DNA of 64,000 bases from Nitrospirota bacterium (GTDB lineage: Bacteria > Nitrospirota > UBA9217). The stretch covers positions 1 through 64,000 of the forward strand of contig DASPSR010000005.1 in the NCBI GenBank assembly GCA_035623825.1, in the 5' to 3' direction. Of this stretch, positions 25,218 through 35,416 are shown piece by piece. The translations under genes and the position numbers were made by a program. Each line of letters opens with the position of its first letter. Position 1 is the stretch's first letter. The notes under the pieces were generated by a model. That model made no database searches. It had not been told where the DNA came from and was given only the letters and a program-made list of their open reading frames with translations.

Positions 25218-25574
25218 ATGCAAATTCCCGATAACCTCAAATACGATGAAAAAGGCCTCATCCCTGCCGTAATACAGGACTGGAAGACCGGCGAGGTCTT
25301 GATGGTGGCATACATGAACGCCGATTCACTAAAAAGGACAGTGGAGAGCGGCCTCACATGGTTCTGGAGCCGTTCACGTCAGAAGTTCTGGCAAAAGGGC
25401 GAGACATCAGGCAATGTGCAGCGCGTGAAGGACATTTTATATGACTGTGACCAGGACACCCTGCTCGTAAAGGTTGAGCAGGCTGGTCCGGCCTGCCATA
25501 CCGGGGAGCGGAGCTGCTTTTTTAGAAGTTTTTCTGGACAACGGGATGGAGGAAAAAATGGAGGAAAAAAGTGA
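25218..25574 (+). CDS. hisI: Phosphoribosyl-AMP cyclohydrolase
   Basis: [36 protein letters not shown]. Confidence 0.95.
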   Translation: MQIPDNLKYDEKGLIPAVIQDWKTGEVLMVAYMNADSLKRTVESGLTWFWSRSRQKFWQKGETSGNVQRVKDILYDCDQDTLLVKVEQAGPACHTGERSCFFRSFSGQRDGGKNGGKK

Positions 25575-25924
25575 GTTCCGACCAAAACTGTATTTTCTGT
25601 AAAATCATCGGAAAAAAGATACAGTCAAATATTATCCATGAGGACGATTATTCTGTAGCATTTGAAGACATTAACCCCCAGGCGCCGGTGCATTCGCTCA
25701 TAGTCCCCAAAAAACATATCGCAGATATTCACAGCATAACGGTCGCGGATCGCGAACTCATCGGCCATCTGTTCTTTGTGGCGCGGTCTATAGCTGCTCA
25801 GAAGGGGCTTGAAAAGAACGGGTATCGGATGGTCATTAATAACGGCCGCGGCGCCGGGCAAACGGTGTTTCACCTTCATCTCCATCTCCTGTCCGGCCGC
25901 AGGTTCGCATGGCCTCCAGGATAA
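25571..25924 (+). CDS. HIT family nucleotide-binding protein (HinT)
   Basis: [21 protein letters not shown] triad, WPPG. Confidence 0.92.
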   Translation: MSSDQNCIFCKIIGKKIQSNIIHEDDYSVAFEDINPQAPVHSLIVPKKHIADIHSITVADRELIGHLFFVARSIAAQKGLEKNGYRMVINNGRGAGQTVFHLHLHLLSGRRFAWPPG

Positions 25925-26345
25925 TAACAACTCCTTGTTAAAAACGATTTCATAAATTGTTAAAAACATTTCTTGTTCGTTATTAACACTCATTTCCATT
26001 GATACTAACACAGATAAGAGATATTTTTCATCCCTGCTTTTGCCTTCTCTTTCAAGCCGTTGTCTCTGCTTCTCACATATCCACAGCCCCTATTACTACT
26101 ACTACTAATTTTATTTAATATATAATACTAGTCATTACGTCTGGGGCACCTGTGGAACTACTCTCATTTACACAACGTACTTGAAGAACCCAGTGTATTA
26201 TTTCGATTCTTTTATAGAGCAAATTCCGCTAAAAGCATGCGTTTTAAAACCTGATAAAAACCGGACATTTGGATAATAACCTGTCAATTCCATATCCTCG
26301 TGAAAAAAACTGTTCTCCGCAGGACATATACCACAAAACATATGT
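25925..26345. other. Putative oriC with DnaA boxes, DnaA-trios and AT-rich unwinding element
   Basis: CTTCTCACATATCCACA-GCCC-CTA TTA CTA CTA CTA CTA-ATTTTATTTAATATATAATA at 26069-26128; further degenerate boxes (TTATTAACA, TGTGGAACT, TTTGGATAA, TATACCACA) in a non-coding gap. Confidence 0.8.
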
Positions 26346-26385
26346 CATTTACAGACGAAGCAAAACATGGTATAAAATCTCTGCT

Positions 26386-26961
26386 ATGAAGAACGTTGCT
26401 AATTTTCTGTTCGAGGCGGGAATGCTCAAACGAACGCCCCGGAGCGGTTTCCAATTCCTGGGTACCGGCGCTGAGTCAGTGGCGGAGCACATATTCAGAA
26501 CTTCCTACATCGGATATGCGCTTGGAAAATTAACAAAGACCGTTAATATTGATCGCTTAATCAAAATGTGTCTGTTCCACGATCTACCGGAAGCGCGGAC
26601 TGGTGACCTAAACTATGTGAACAAAAAATATGTGGACGCGCATGAGAAGAAGGCTGTCGAAGACCTTGCCCTGACATTGCCCTTCGGCAACGAGATACAA
26701 GAATTAATACTGGAATTCATTGAGGGAAAAACAGAAGAAGCAAAGCTGGCGCGCGACGCGGACCAACTCGAGATGATCCTCGCGCTCAAGGAGTACAAAG
26801 ATGTTGGAAACAGTTACGCCGATGAATGGCTTGAGTTCTCTCTCAAACGGCTCCAAACGGATACGGCCCGCGAGCTTGCTAAAGTCATACTTGAAACAGA
26901 CTCATCGCTCTGGTGGTTCAGCGACAAGGGAGACTGGTGGGTGAGTGGCGGCAAGCGATAG
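26386..26961 (+). CDS. HD-domain hydrolase (YfbR/5'-deoxynucleotidase-like)
   Basis: LKRTPRSG, ESVAEH, LFHDLPEARTGD, DADQLE. Confidence 0.85.
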   Translation: MKNVANFLFEAGMLKRTPRSGFQFLGTGAESVAEHIFRTSYIGYALGKLTKTVNIDRLIKMCLFHDLPEARTGDLNYVNKKYVDAHEKKAVEDLALTLPFGNEIQELILEFIEGKTEEAKLARDADQLEMILALKEYKDVGNSYADEWLEFSLKRLQTDTARELAKVILETDSSLWWFSDKGDWWVSGGKR

Positions 26962-27600
26962 CAATCGCCGATATGCCTGATCTGTCGTTGTGGTGCCGGA
27001 AATTTCGAGCCGGTAGACAACGCATCCTTTTTTTTCGAAGTGTTTTATGAGCGGTGCGGTTCTCTCCTGGAATATTGACAGTTTTTTCTCTATCAATTCC
27101 CTTTCGTCATCAGTACGATCTAACCTGTCCCCGCCCACATTCTCACGGATGCGACAGAAAACGGAGTCTGCGGAACAATCGAGAACAATGAGCGCATGAA
27201 TATCAGCGATTCGCGCAATGTCGTGTGCCTGACCAACGTGGCGCGGAATGCCGTTAAGGACGAGAACATCGCGTTGCGAGAATCCTACCCTGCCCAAGAA
27301 CAGAGATATGATCTTTTCTGCTAGGGTGAAGTGCTTGTTTTCAAGCAAGAGGCCGCGCTCGAGAACGCCATGGATGAAATCGAGATCCTCACTGGAGTAC
27401 TCGGCAGAGACCGTCCCGAATGATTCGACAAGGCGGAGTTCTGACCCGAAATCGAGGTGGTGGCACTGGCGTCCGAACAAGCCGTTGTTCGCAAGGGTAT
27501 CACCGAGCGGGCTCTTCCCAACGCCGGTTGGGCCGAGGAGAAGGATAGAGTCAACGGGGTATTTGTACGAAGTATTCATTATTGAGGAAACGCTATCCAT
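26902..27600 (-). CDS. Adenylate kinase-like nucleoside monophosphate kinase
   Basis: Walker A GPTGVGKS, LNGIPRH (cf. LDGFPR), RTDD. Confidence 0.7.
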   Translation of the reverse strand: MDSVSSIMNTSYKYPVDSILLLGPTGVGKSPLGDTLANNGLFGRQCHHLDFGSELRLVESFGTVSAEYSSEDLDFIHGVLERGLLLENKHFTLAEKIISLFLGRVGFSQRDVLVLNGIPRHVGQAHDIARIADIHALIVLDCSADSVFCRIRENVGGDRLDRTDDERELIEKKLSIFQERTAPLIKHFEKKGCVVYRLEISGTTTTDQAYRRLLSLAATHPPVSLVAEPPER

Positions 27601-27692
27601 CGATGACGTTTAAAGTAAATCCCCAGCTGTTGTTCCGCCAGACATGATCACCTGCAGCGCTTGTTACAAAAGGATTCGCCCGATACGCATTT

Positions 27693-28127
27693 TCATCTTC
27701 CGTAATGCTTTCTCTTGAGGCTTTCAAGAGTCTTTTTCGAGGCAATCGAAAGATTAGCAACTGGAATCTGATCTAACCCGAACCATCCGATCTCATCACA
27801 CTTGAGCGGTTCCCTGATATGGGGCGTACCGCCCATCACCCTGCAGATGTACACCGGCGAAACCCAGTGTTGGTTTTCATACGGTATGATGTGATCAACA
27901 ACGTCGAGGAGTTTCTCAACCTTGATCTCGAGTCCATATTCTTCCGCGATCTCCCGCACGAGGGCATGCACGAGCGTCTCGCCAAATTCTACGCTGCCGC
28001 CTGGAAATTCCCACTGATCCCTCTCGTTCCTCGCTTCTGCTCCTCGTTTGGCGAGGAAGATCCTCCCTTTTTCGTCAAAAATGACCGCGCCCACGCCAAC
28101 GCCGATATAGTCAATGCCAACTCTCAT
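27693..28127 (-). CDS. NUDIX hydrolase
   Basis: Nudix box PGGSVEFGETLVHALVREIAEEYGL. Confidence 0.9.
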   Translation of the reverse strand: MRVGIDYIGVGVGAVIFDEKGRIFLAKRGAEARNERDQWEFPGGSVEFGETLVHALVREIAEEYGLEIKVEKLLDVVDHIIPYENQHWVSPVYICRVMGGTPHIREPLKCDEIGWFGLDQIPVANLSIASKKTLESLKRKHYGR

Positions 28128-28202
28128 ATCATTTCACGAAGATGTAATACACTACCAAAAAAGGCCTTCAAAGTCAAAGCTGTGAATAAGGCAGGTTTTT
28201 GC

Positions 28203-28230
28203 TTGACTTATTTATCGTTTTGATTATAAT
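28203..28230 (+). promoter_or_regulatory. Sigma70 promoter of rpmH operon
   Basis: TTGACT-N16-TATAAT. Confidence 0.7.
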
Positions 28231-28288
28231 ACGCCTCTATCCATACATAATACTTTTAACAGCGCAATTTATTGAAGGAGCCGGTACC

Positions 28289-28426
28289 ATGTCAGAGACA
28301 ACAGCACAAAAAAGCAACCTCAAGCAGAAGCGGCTTCAGGGCTTCAGGAAACGGATGAGTACTGCCGGTGGCAGGAAGACCATAAACCGCCGCAGGTCAA
28401 AGGGCAGAAAGCGTCTCGCTGTTTAA
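28289..28426 (+). CDS. rpmH: 50S ribosomal protein L34
   Basis: [26 protein letters not shown]; AAGGAG RBS; upstream of rnpA. Confidence 0.92.
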   Translation: MSETTAQKSNLKQKRLQGFRKRMSTAGGRKTINRRRSKGRKRLAV

Positions 28427-28445
28427 TTCCGCGCGGTCGGATGTG

Positions 28446-28814
28446 ATGCCGTACGCATACAGAAAAAGCGAGCGTTTACGGAAAAAGAAAGAGTTCGTTT
28501 CGGCCATGAAAGGAAAAAGACTGTCAGTTGACGGTCTTTCTCTTTTTTATGCGAAGAATGATAAGGGTAATTTCCGAGTAGGTATCTCCGTCAGCAAGAA
28601 GATGGCGAACGCAGTCAAAAGAAACAGATTGAGACGCCAGATTAGGGACTGCATACAGAGGGTGTTGAAAGATTACGCGGCAGGTTATGACTTGGTGTTC
28701 GTAGTGCGTCATGAGCTCACCGCAGTCGACTACGGACAGATTCTGAGGACTGTCGAAACCGCCCTATGGAGGGCGGTCCTTCGCAGCTTGCAGTCAGAAG
28801 GCACGTCACCGTGA
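28446..28814 (+). CDS. rnpA: Ribonuclease P protein component
   Basis: [28 protein letters not shown] (RNR motif). Confidence 0.92.
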   Translation: MPYAYRKSERLRKKKEFVSAMKGKRLSVDGLSLFYAKNDKGNFRVGISVSKKMANAVKRNRLRRQIRDCIQRVLKDYAAGYDLVFVVRHELTAVDYGQILRTVETALWRAVLRSLQSEGTSP

Positions 28815-29020
28815 AAATAGTGTTTATCTCTATCATCCGCCTGTACCGGCATTTTCTTTCACCGCTCTTCTCGCCTGCCTGCAGGTTCGTTCCGACCTGT
28901 TCCGAGTATGCGATTGAAGCCTTCGAAAAAAAGAGCACGATGAAAGCGATCTGGATGACGATTGTACGGATCGCGAAGTGTCACCCTTTTCACCCCGGCG
29001 GATACGATCCCGTACAATGA
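28811..29020 (+). CDS. yidD: Membrane protein insertion efficiency factor
   Basis: [29 protein letters not shown]; GTG start. Confidence 0.92.
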   Translation: MKIVFISIIRLYRHFLSPLFSPACRFVPTCSEYAIEAFEKKSTMKAIWMTIVRIAKCHPFHPGGYDPVQ

Positions 29021-29033
29021 TTCCGGAGGATCC

Positions 29034-30701
29034 ATGGAAACACGAAGATTCATACTGGCGCTTTCCTTGTCGTTGCTGGTGTTTTGGGTCTACGTAAAGT
29101 TCTTTGCGCCCAAGCCTCCGCAAAAGCCGACGGTTACAGAGACCGCAAAGCAGGAAGAAGTGCAGGCGAAACCTGCTCCCGCTACCCCTGCCGCTAAAGC
29201 GGGTAAGATCCGGACGGCGGCAACTGGCAGGGATATCGTTGTCGAAACAGACCTCATAAAGGCTGTTGTGAATACCGCCGGCGGTGTGATCAAGCGCTGG
29301 GAGCTGAAGCGATACCGGGAAGCGGACACAGCCGAAGTCGGCATTGGTGCACTCTGGAAGAAGATCACTGGGGAGGTCAAGAAGGCAGAGAAGCCTAAAA
29401 AAGAGCTCGGAAACGTCCAGCTGATCGCCCATTACGATGAGCTTGCACGCGGGGAAATGGTTGCCCCGCTGACCCTGACGCCGCTCGATAAGGCACTGGA
29501 AGACATAGCGCGGGTTGAATACCGTTCTAACATCGATTCCATCAGTCTTGACAAGGATAACACGTCACAGACCTTAATCCTCACCTACACGGGCCCTGCG
29601 GGCATCACGATAGAGAAGCGCCTGACTTTTACCAACAGTGATTACAAGGTTGACATGACCATCTCGACGAAGGGGCTGGAGGGCTACCGCCTTTCGCTCG
29701 GCACGGATTTCGGCCTCGCGGACAAGATAAGCAAAGACGCGAGCGGTCGCGTCGGCATCGTCGCGCTTATCGACGGCAAAACGATCATGGAAAAGCTCGG
29801 GAGCATCAAAGAGGATGCGCAGTATTCAGGTACTATTGAATGGTTTGGCCAGGAGGACAAGTATTTTACCTCAGCAGTGCTGTACGGGGGCACGGGGATC
29901 GTCACCGCAAAAAGGGTTCCCGCTCCCAAGGACGTTGGCGACCTGCTGACCACGGACCTCACGGTAAAGGAAAAGCCCGAGTCACACGCCTTCGCCCTCT
30001 ATGCCGGACCGAAGAGCTACACCCTCCTACAGGAACACGGCCACGGATTGGAGCGGATGGTAGATTATGGCTGGTTCGGCGTCCTCGCAAAACCGATGTT
30101 CTGGCTCATGAGACAATTCTATGTAATCACGAAGAACTATGGCATCGCGATTATCCTGCTGACGATTGTCGTAAGGATCCTCCTGTTCTACCCCTCGCTC
30201 AAGAGCGCAACTGCCATGGAGGAGATGAAGAACCTTCAGCCGCAGCTAACGGCACTGAGAGAAAAGTACAAGAAAGATCCTCAGCGCATGAACCAAGAGA
30301 TGATGAAGCTCTATAAGGAACACAAGGTCAATCCGCTCGGGGGTTGCCTTCCGATGCTGCTTCAACTTCCGTTCTTTGTGGCGCTCTACAACGTGCTTTC
30401 GGTTTCCATAGAGCTTCGCCAGGCCTCTTTTATTCCCTTCTGGATCAAGGACCTTTCAGTGCATGACCCATTTTACATTCTGCCGGTTCTCATGGGCGTA
30501 AGCATGATCCTTACAATGAAGATGACGTCAACCACGCCCGATCCATCGCAGGCCAAGATAATGATGTATATGAACATTGCGTTTATCTTTCTGTTCGCTT
30601 GGCTCCCAGCCGGACTGCTGCTCTACATCACGCTGAGCAACGTCCTTTCCATCGTGCAGCAGCTCTATGTGAAAAGAATAATCGCATCATCGAAGTCATA
30701 G
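29034..30701 (+). CDS. yidC: Membrane protein insertase YidC
   Basis: N-terminal TM, YAGPK, DYGWF, NYGIAIILLT, NPLGGCLPMLLQLP, DPFYILP. Confidence 0.96.
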   Translation: METRRFILALSLSLLVFWVYVKFFAPKPPQKPTVTETAKQEEVQAKPAPATPAAKAGKIRTAATGRDIVVETDLIKAVVNTAGGVIKRWELKRYREADTAEVGIGALWKKITGEVKKAEKPKKELGNVQLIAHYDELARGEMVAPLTLTPLDKALEDIARVEYRSNIDSISLDKDNTSQTLILTYTGPAGITIEKRLTFTNSDYKVDMTISTKGLEGYRLSLGTDFGLADKISKDASGRVGIVALIDGKTIMEKLGSIKEDAQYSGTIEWFGQEDKYFTSAVLYGGTGIVTAKRVPAPKDVGDLLTTDLTVKEKPESHAFALYAGPKSYTLLQEHGHGLERMVDYGWFGVLAKPMFWLMRQFYVITKNYGIAIILLTIVVRILLFYPSLKSATAMEEMKNLQPQLTALREKYKKDPQRMNQEMMKLYKEHKVNPLGGCLPMLLQLPFFVALYNVLSVSIELRQASFIPFWIKDLSVHDPFYILPVLMGVSMILTMKMTSTTPDPSQAKIMMYMNIAFIFLFAWLPAGLLLYITLSNVLSIVQQLYVKRIIASSKS

Positions 30702-30898
30702 AGAACGCCTCTTTTATCGGTGCCGGATGGAATGCTCATGAACTTGCATGACGAGAGTCACCCCTCCAGGTGGCAAGATAAATGAACTGACCGCCACTAA
30801 ATCGATGGTGCGATTGCATTTAAGGCTAACGGAGCAGAAGCAACCGGTCCGGGGCCCGGCCGAAGTAACGCAGGGCGAGAGGGTACTGCTCGCGGGCC

Positions 30899-31534
30899 TC
30901 AACACTGTTTTACCGCCTTGATCGCCACAAAGGAGCCTTGACCGTAGCCATGCGTCACCGGCTCGTGTTCTCGAATTTCGGAGAGAGGGCCGAAGAGCGT
31001 TTGCACAAAACTGAAATTACTAAAACCGGCCCTTGTAAGATGAACAAGAAGTTCATCAGCAGTATAGAACGTGGCATCTTTGTAAAATATACTTTGATCT
31101 TTGTAGCGATCATAAGCCTTTCCGACAAGACTATTCTTGTCGACAAAACCAATGACAAAGGCGCCGCCGGGTTTAAGCACCCTGAGTGTCTCTCTGAATG
31201 CAGCGTCCATATCATCCAGGAAACAAACGGTCGTGACCATGAGCGCGAAGTCAAATTCGGCGTTTCCAAAGGGATTGGACTCGGCAACGCCGTATGTGAC
31301 GTCTATGCCTCGCTCCCTCGCCTTTGCCATCATAGCACGTGATGGGTCGACACCGTGCTTGATTCCCAGTGGTGCCGCAAACAACCCGCTCCCGACACCA
31401 ATCTCAAGAGATTTTCCGCTTGGGGGGAGTAGAGCTTTAATGGCACGAAGCTCCGCCTGGTAAACGAAAGGATGCCTATCGAACCAGGTTTCGTATCGGT
31501 CAAGCTGGGCTTCAAACGACGGCTTTTTTGCCAT
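30899..31534 (-). CDS. Class I SAM-dependent methyltransferase
   Basis: LEIGVGSG motif I, GVDPS, RVLKPGG. Confidence 0.88.
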   Translation of the reverse strand: MAKKPSFEAQLDRYETWFDRHPFVYQAELRAIKALLPPSGKSLEIGVGSGLFAAPLGIKHGVDPSRAMMAKARERGIDVTYGVAESNPFGNAEFDFALMVTTVCFLDDMDAAFRETLRVLKPGGAFVIGFVDKNSLVGKAYDRYKDQSIFYKDATFYTADELLVHLTRAGFSNFSFVQTLFGPLSEIREHEPVTHGYGQGSFVAIKAVKQC

Positions 31535-31604
31535 ATGCGTTTTCAGAGGAATCCTGCAGGTATCACAAGTAAATCAGGTGCGGACATGGGGCAAAGGGAT
31601 TGCG

Positions 31605-32033
31605 TTACACGATGCCGACGAGTTCGATATCAAACGTCAAGGTTCTCCCGGCAAGCGGATGGTTCGCATCGAGTGTCAGGCTCGATTCCGTGACATTAGT
31701 CACCGTAACCAGGATGGTCCGATTGTCCATCTGGGTGAGTTCCAGGCGCTGACCGATCTTGGCGTCGAGGTCATGCGGAAGCTCGTCCCTCTTTACGGTC
31801 ACGATCATGTCGTCACGACGTGGACCGTAGGCCTGCTCGACAGGTATGACCGTTGTTTTTGATTCACCGATATTCATGCCGGCTATTGCATTCTCGAACC
31901 CAGCAATCACTTGACCGTTGCCGAGCGTGAACTGGAGCGGATGCCGGCTCCGGGACGTGTCGAACACCGTTCCATCCTCTAGCCTGCCGGTGTAATGAAC
32001 CCGGACCGTGTCTCCCCTTTTTGCCAGCGCCAT
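31605..32033 (-). CDS. FKBP-type peptidyl-prolyl isomerase (SlyD-like)
   Basis: VHYTGRLEDGTVFDTS, AYG, DANHPLAG. Confidence 0.92.
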   Translation of the reverse strand: MALAKRGDTVRVHYTGRLEDGTVFDTSRSRHPLQFTLGNGQVIAGFENAIAGMNIGESKTTVIPVEQAYGPRRDDMIVTVKRDELPHDLDAKIGQRLELTQMDNRTILVTVTNVTESSLTLDANHPLAGRTLTFDIELVGIV

Positions 32034-32373
32034 ATGCTCTCCTTATTTTATGTAAGGTGTTTGAGGTTCACGGTACAGGGACGTCAAGACTGTACGAAAG
32101 TTGTATTCGGTGGCGGGCCATTTGCTCCGCCGATATTATCAGCAATCTACCTCATATTGGCGCCGAGTGCAATACTTTCCTGCCGGCGGAGTCAGTTCGA
32201 CATCTCACGGAGCAGAGAGATACTGAACAGTCTTTCTATAAGGGTCCCTGTGTCATCTTGACAACATGATGAGCAAGGTATATTGTATCTAAAACGGAGG
32301 ACAAAGGCGTCTCGCCATTTCTTTGACGCATCTCAAAGGATATTTTGAAATCTCTGGGGAGGAGCATGCACCT

Positions 32374-32970
32374 ATGGAAAACAAAGACAAACCCTTGCCG
32401 AAACCGCCCAACAGAGTTAGCGGAGGGAAAAAACAGTTTGGGCAGGAAGATGAGTGGGGATCGCTCCTGGCTGACCGCATGGCAGCGGCCATGGCAGAAG
32501 GAAAGCTAGATGATTTTTTGAAAGAGGAGTTGTCGGATAATGAATATGCGAGGAACCTAGCGACAATGATGATGGGCATGACGGGGATGTTGCCTGCTGG
32601 CGGGGGACCGTCTTCTTCGACCGCGCCAGTGTTGGAGGAGGAGGCATCTTCGGCAGGGGCTGGAACGCGGGATTCAATGAGTACAGCAGACACGATGCCG
32701 GCAGACGTTAGAAAAGCGATCGAGGGCGGAGATGTGAAAGGATTGATGGAGCTACTTCGACGCGAACATCAAAAACGGATGCCCGGACCGGAACCGGCTG
32801 CGGAAGAAAAGGCTGCTGGGCCCCGTCCTGCCGACCACCCCACTATTGATAAGAATGTCATAGATGCATTGATACGAATTGCATCGGAAAACAGCGTTAC
32901 CACGGACTGGATTGTCCTACGGGCCATCAAATTCTACGTTCAGGAATATCAGAAGACGGGTAGGCTGTAA
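32374..32970 (+). CDS. Hypothetical protein with possible C-terminal ribbon-helix-helix-like segment
   Basis: GAGGAG RBS; low-complexity linkers; C-terminus TIDKNVIDALIRIASENSVTTDWIVLRAIKFY. Confidence 0.55.
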   Translation: MENKDKPLPKPPNRVSGGKKQFGQEDEWGSLLADRMAAAMAEGKLDDFLKEELSDNEYARNLATMMMGMTGMLPAGGGPSSSTAPVLEEEASSAGAGTRDSMSTADTMPADVRKAIEGGDVKGLMELLRREHQKRMPGPEPAAEEKAAGPRPADHPTIDKNVIDALIRIASENSVTTDWIVLRAIKFYVQEYQKTGRL

Positions 32971-33017
32971 GACAGATCGCAGTCGAGAGTTCATGGAATA
33001 AACCTGCCCGTGAACTA

Positions 33018-34184
33018 CTAATCTGTTGCTAGAAACCCCTGTACCAGTCTTTTGATCTCCAAATGATGCACCGGAATGTTCGGTACGTCCTTGTTCCCGG
33101 GAATCGCCAGAACATGGATGAACGCTGGACCTTTCCGCGGGCCTCTCATCGCACCCACCAAATCCTTCGCGTCCGCCACTTTATCCGTATTCCTGATCCC
33201 GAACCCTTTCGCCACCTGCTCAAGGTCTACGCAGGACGACGCAAACGTCGGCTGGTTTCCGGTGGAGCCATAGGCGCCGTTATCGATGGCGACGATCGTG
33301 AGGTTTTTCGGCGCAAGAAAGGCGGCCGTTGCCAGCGCACCTGGGTTCATAAGGAGACTTCCGTCTCCGTCAATGACGACCACCTCTTTTTTCGAGTTCT
33401 GTGCTATGCCGAGGCCGATGGGCGTGGCCATGCCCATGCTTCCGAGCATGTAGAAGTTCGAAGGCTGGTGCTTTATGAGGTAAAGCTCCTTGGAGGGCCA
33501 GCCGAGATTACTGACAACGACTTTCTTTTCAAGATATGGCGCGATTAGCTGGAGGATTTCGAACCTTGTACACTGCGCGGTTTGCATTCCTTTTGCCTCC
33601 CGCCTTTCAATTAAGATAGCAGGAGCCTCTTCGTCTTTGACGCCGCAGGTAGCTTGACCTGCCGCTGTCGGGGCACGCGGCGCTTCGCAAGCTGAATCTT
33701 CCCACACCGCGGGACTAAGCAGAAAAGCGTGAATCCTGTTCTTCAGAAAAACCCGGGGCAGTTCCCTGTCAACGACGCTGAAATCGTCTCTTGAGTTTAT
33801 CTCGGAAAACGTGATTTCCGCACCGTTCAGGATTCCGGGGAGCCTTTGGCCCATGGGGACCTGGGCCTCGATCTTTTCCTTATAGACGCCCCTCCGGCTC
33901 ACAAAAAGAGCGAGGGGAAGCTCATAGAAAGCAGTGAGGGAAAGAAGGGCGTTGATCATGTTCCCGACACCGGAGCTCTGGACGAACACTGCCGGCCGTC
34001 TGCCCGAGAGTGCGGCGCCCGCACAGATCCCGACACCCTCTTCCTCTCTCGTGAGGGGAACATGATGGAAAGACCCAGCCAGCATCTCAAGCATGGTCTT
34101 GATCTTCTCGCAGGGAAGGGAGGCGGTAAAGTCCACCCCATGCGTCTTGAGCATGGCTAGGAGTTCTTCTTCAGGACGTTGCAT
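33018..34184 (-). CDS. comDE: Sulfopyruvate decarboxylase, fused alpha+beta (ComDE)
   Basis: SLPC, LTREEEGVGICAGA, QSSGVGN, EAQVPMG (alpha half); NLGWPSKELY, NFYMLGSMG, GDGSLLMN TPP motif (beta half). Confidence 0.88.
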   Translation of the reverse strand: MQRPEEELLAMLKTHGVDFTASLPCEKIKTMLEMLAGSFHHVPLTREEEGVGICAGAALSGRRPAVFVQSSGVGNMINALLSLTAFYELPLALFVSRRGVYKEKIEAQVPMGQRLPGILNGAEITFSEINSRDDFSVVDRELPRVFLKNRIHAFLLSPAVWEDSACEAPRAPTAAGQATCGVKDEEAPAILIERREAKGMQTAQCTRFEILQLIAPYLEKKVVVSNLGWPSKELYLIKHQPSNFYMLGSMGMATPIGLGIAQNSKKEVVVIDGDGSLLMNPGALATAAFLAPKNLTIVAIDNGAYGSTGNQPTFASSCVDLEQVAKGFGIRNTDKVADAKDLVGAMRGPRKGPAFIHVLAIPGNKDVPNIPVHHLEIKRLVQGFLATD

Positions 34185-35416
34185 AGCAGGTCCTCGATCT
34201 CCTTCTCCGTTATCTTCTTTGAGATGAACTTGGGAACAACCGTATAGGTCTTTTTCTCCTGCCGCAGTCTTTCTTCACCGCCGCCGGTGATGTTCAGCAA
34301 TACGGTATCGCTCTTCCGGATCGCACCAGTTTGCACGGCTTCTGTGAGCACCGCGACAGCCACAGCGGAGGCAGGCACGATGTCGATGCCCTCCGACTCG
34401 CGGAAGGTCTCTATTGCAGCATACACCGCCTCGTTCCTGACGCCGTACATCGTACCGCCGGTTGCAGTGAGCGCGTCATACACTCCGCCTATTACCGAGT
34501 AGGCAGGATATCGAGTCGAAAGAACCCTGGTCGTGATGTGGGAGATCAGTTCGGGCTTCAGGTCATCGGGAAACAGGGTACGACTGCTCTTGTTCCAGGC
34601 GTGGAGCATGGGCGCAAACGGAAGGTTCTGCCCCAAATGCAGGGTGGTCAGGCGATTGCCAAACCGGCCATCGCGCACGAACCGCTCCGCCATCTCCCAG
34701 GCCCCGATGGCCCCCGTGCCGCTTCCTACGGCCTGAACGTAATGGTCCGGCAGTTTTCCAGTCTTCGAAACCGTCTCAAGCATCACGATGCCAAGGCCGT
34801 CGCGTTTGGCAATGTTCTTCACGCCCCCCTCAAAGGGAAACCCGAGGGTCAGAGCGATCTTCTTCGCAACATCGATGGCGTCCGCATAGTCACCGTCGCC
34901 AACAGCGAGCGTCGGAATGAGTGATGAACGATTGAGATACCACATCTCCATAAGGCACATCCGGGGCACGACGATGACCACCGGATAGCCTGTCACCGCT
35001 GACAAATGCGCAAAGGCGCGTGCCGTGTTCCCGGCAGAGGCGACAATCAGACCTTCGATGCCGTTCTCCCTGGCGTTCTGGAGCACGACCGCCGCTTCGA
35101 ACTCCTTGAACGTGCAAGTCTCAAGGAGCGCCCCTTTCTCAGGCCAGTACCCGCTGAAGGCAATATACAGGTTTTCAAGGCCAAGGCGTTTTGCAAGGCC
35201 CTGTGAGCTGTATACCAGGGGGCCCGGCTGGGCGATCCGCGGGGCATGAATCGGGAGCCAATTGAACCTCCAGACGCCGTCAGAACCGCGCTCAGTAAAA
35301 CGAACATCGCTGTAATCGCTTACGAGAAGCGCATCCTTGCAGTGCTCACAGAAGGCACAGAAGGCGTTCTCAAGAACCTTGCCACAGTTTCTGCATCGAA
35401 TGGAAAAATGGCTCAT
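34157..35416 (-). CDS. Cysteate synthase (PLP, threonine synthase-like; Methanosarcinales type)
   Basis: N-terminal Cys cluster, FSGYWPEKGA..ETCTFKE (PLP Lys), ASAGNTARAF, EGGVKN..RDG, QAVGSGTG, LNITGGG; adjacent to comDE. Confidence 0.88.
   Translation of the reverse strand: MSHFSIRCRNCGKVLENAFCAFCEHCKDALLVSDYSDVRFTERGSDGVWRFNWLPIHAPRIAQPGPLVYSSQGLAKRLGLENLYIAFSGYWPEKGALLETCTFKEFEAAVVLQNARENGIEGLIVASAGNTARAFAHLSAVTGYPVVIVVPRMCLMEMWYLNRSSLIPTLAVGDGDYADAIDVAKKIALTLGFPFEGGVKNIAKRDGLGIVMLETVSKTGKLPDHYVQAVGSGTGAIGAWEMAERFVRDGRFGNRLTTLHLGQNLPFAPMLHAWNKSSRTLFPDDLKPELISHITTRVLSTRYPAYSVIGGVYDALTATGGTMYGVRNEAVYAAIETFRESEGIDIVPASAVAVAVLTEAVQTGAIRKSDTVLLNITGGGEERLRQEKKTYTVVPKFISKKITEKEIEDLLCNVLKKNS

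Noticed and set aside
34157-35416. Threonine synthase
   Set aside because: The GYWPEKGA...TCTFKE motif and adjacency to comDE fit cysteate synthase; the NPTGSFKD motif is absent.
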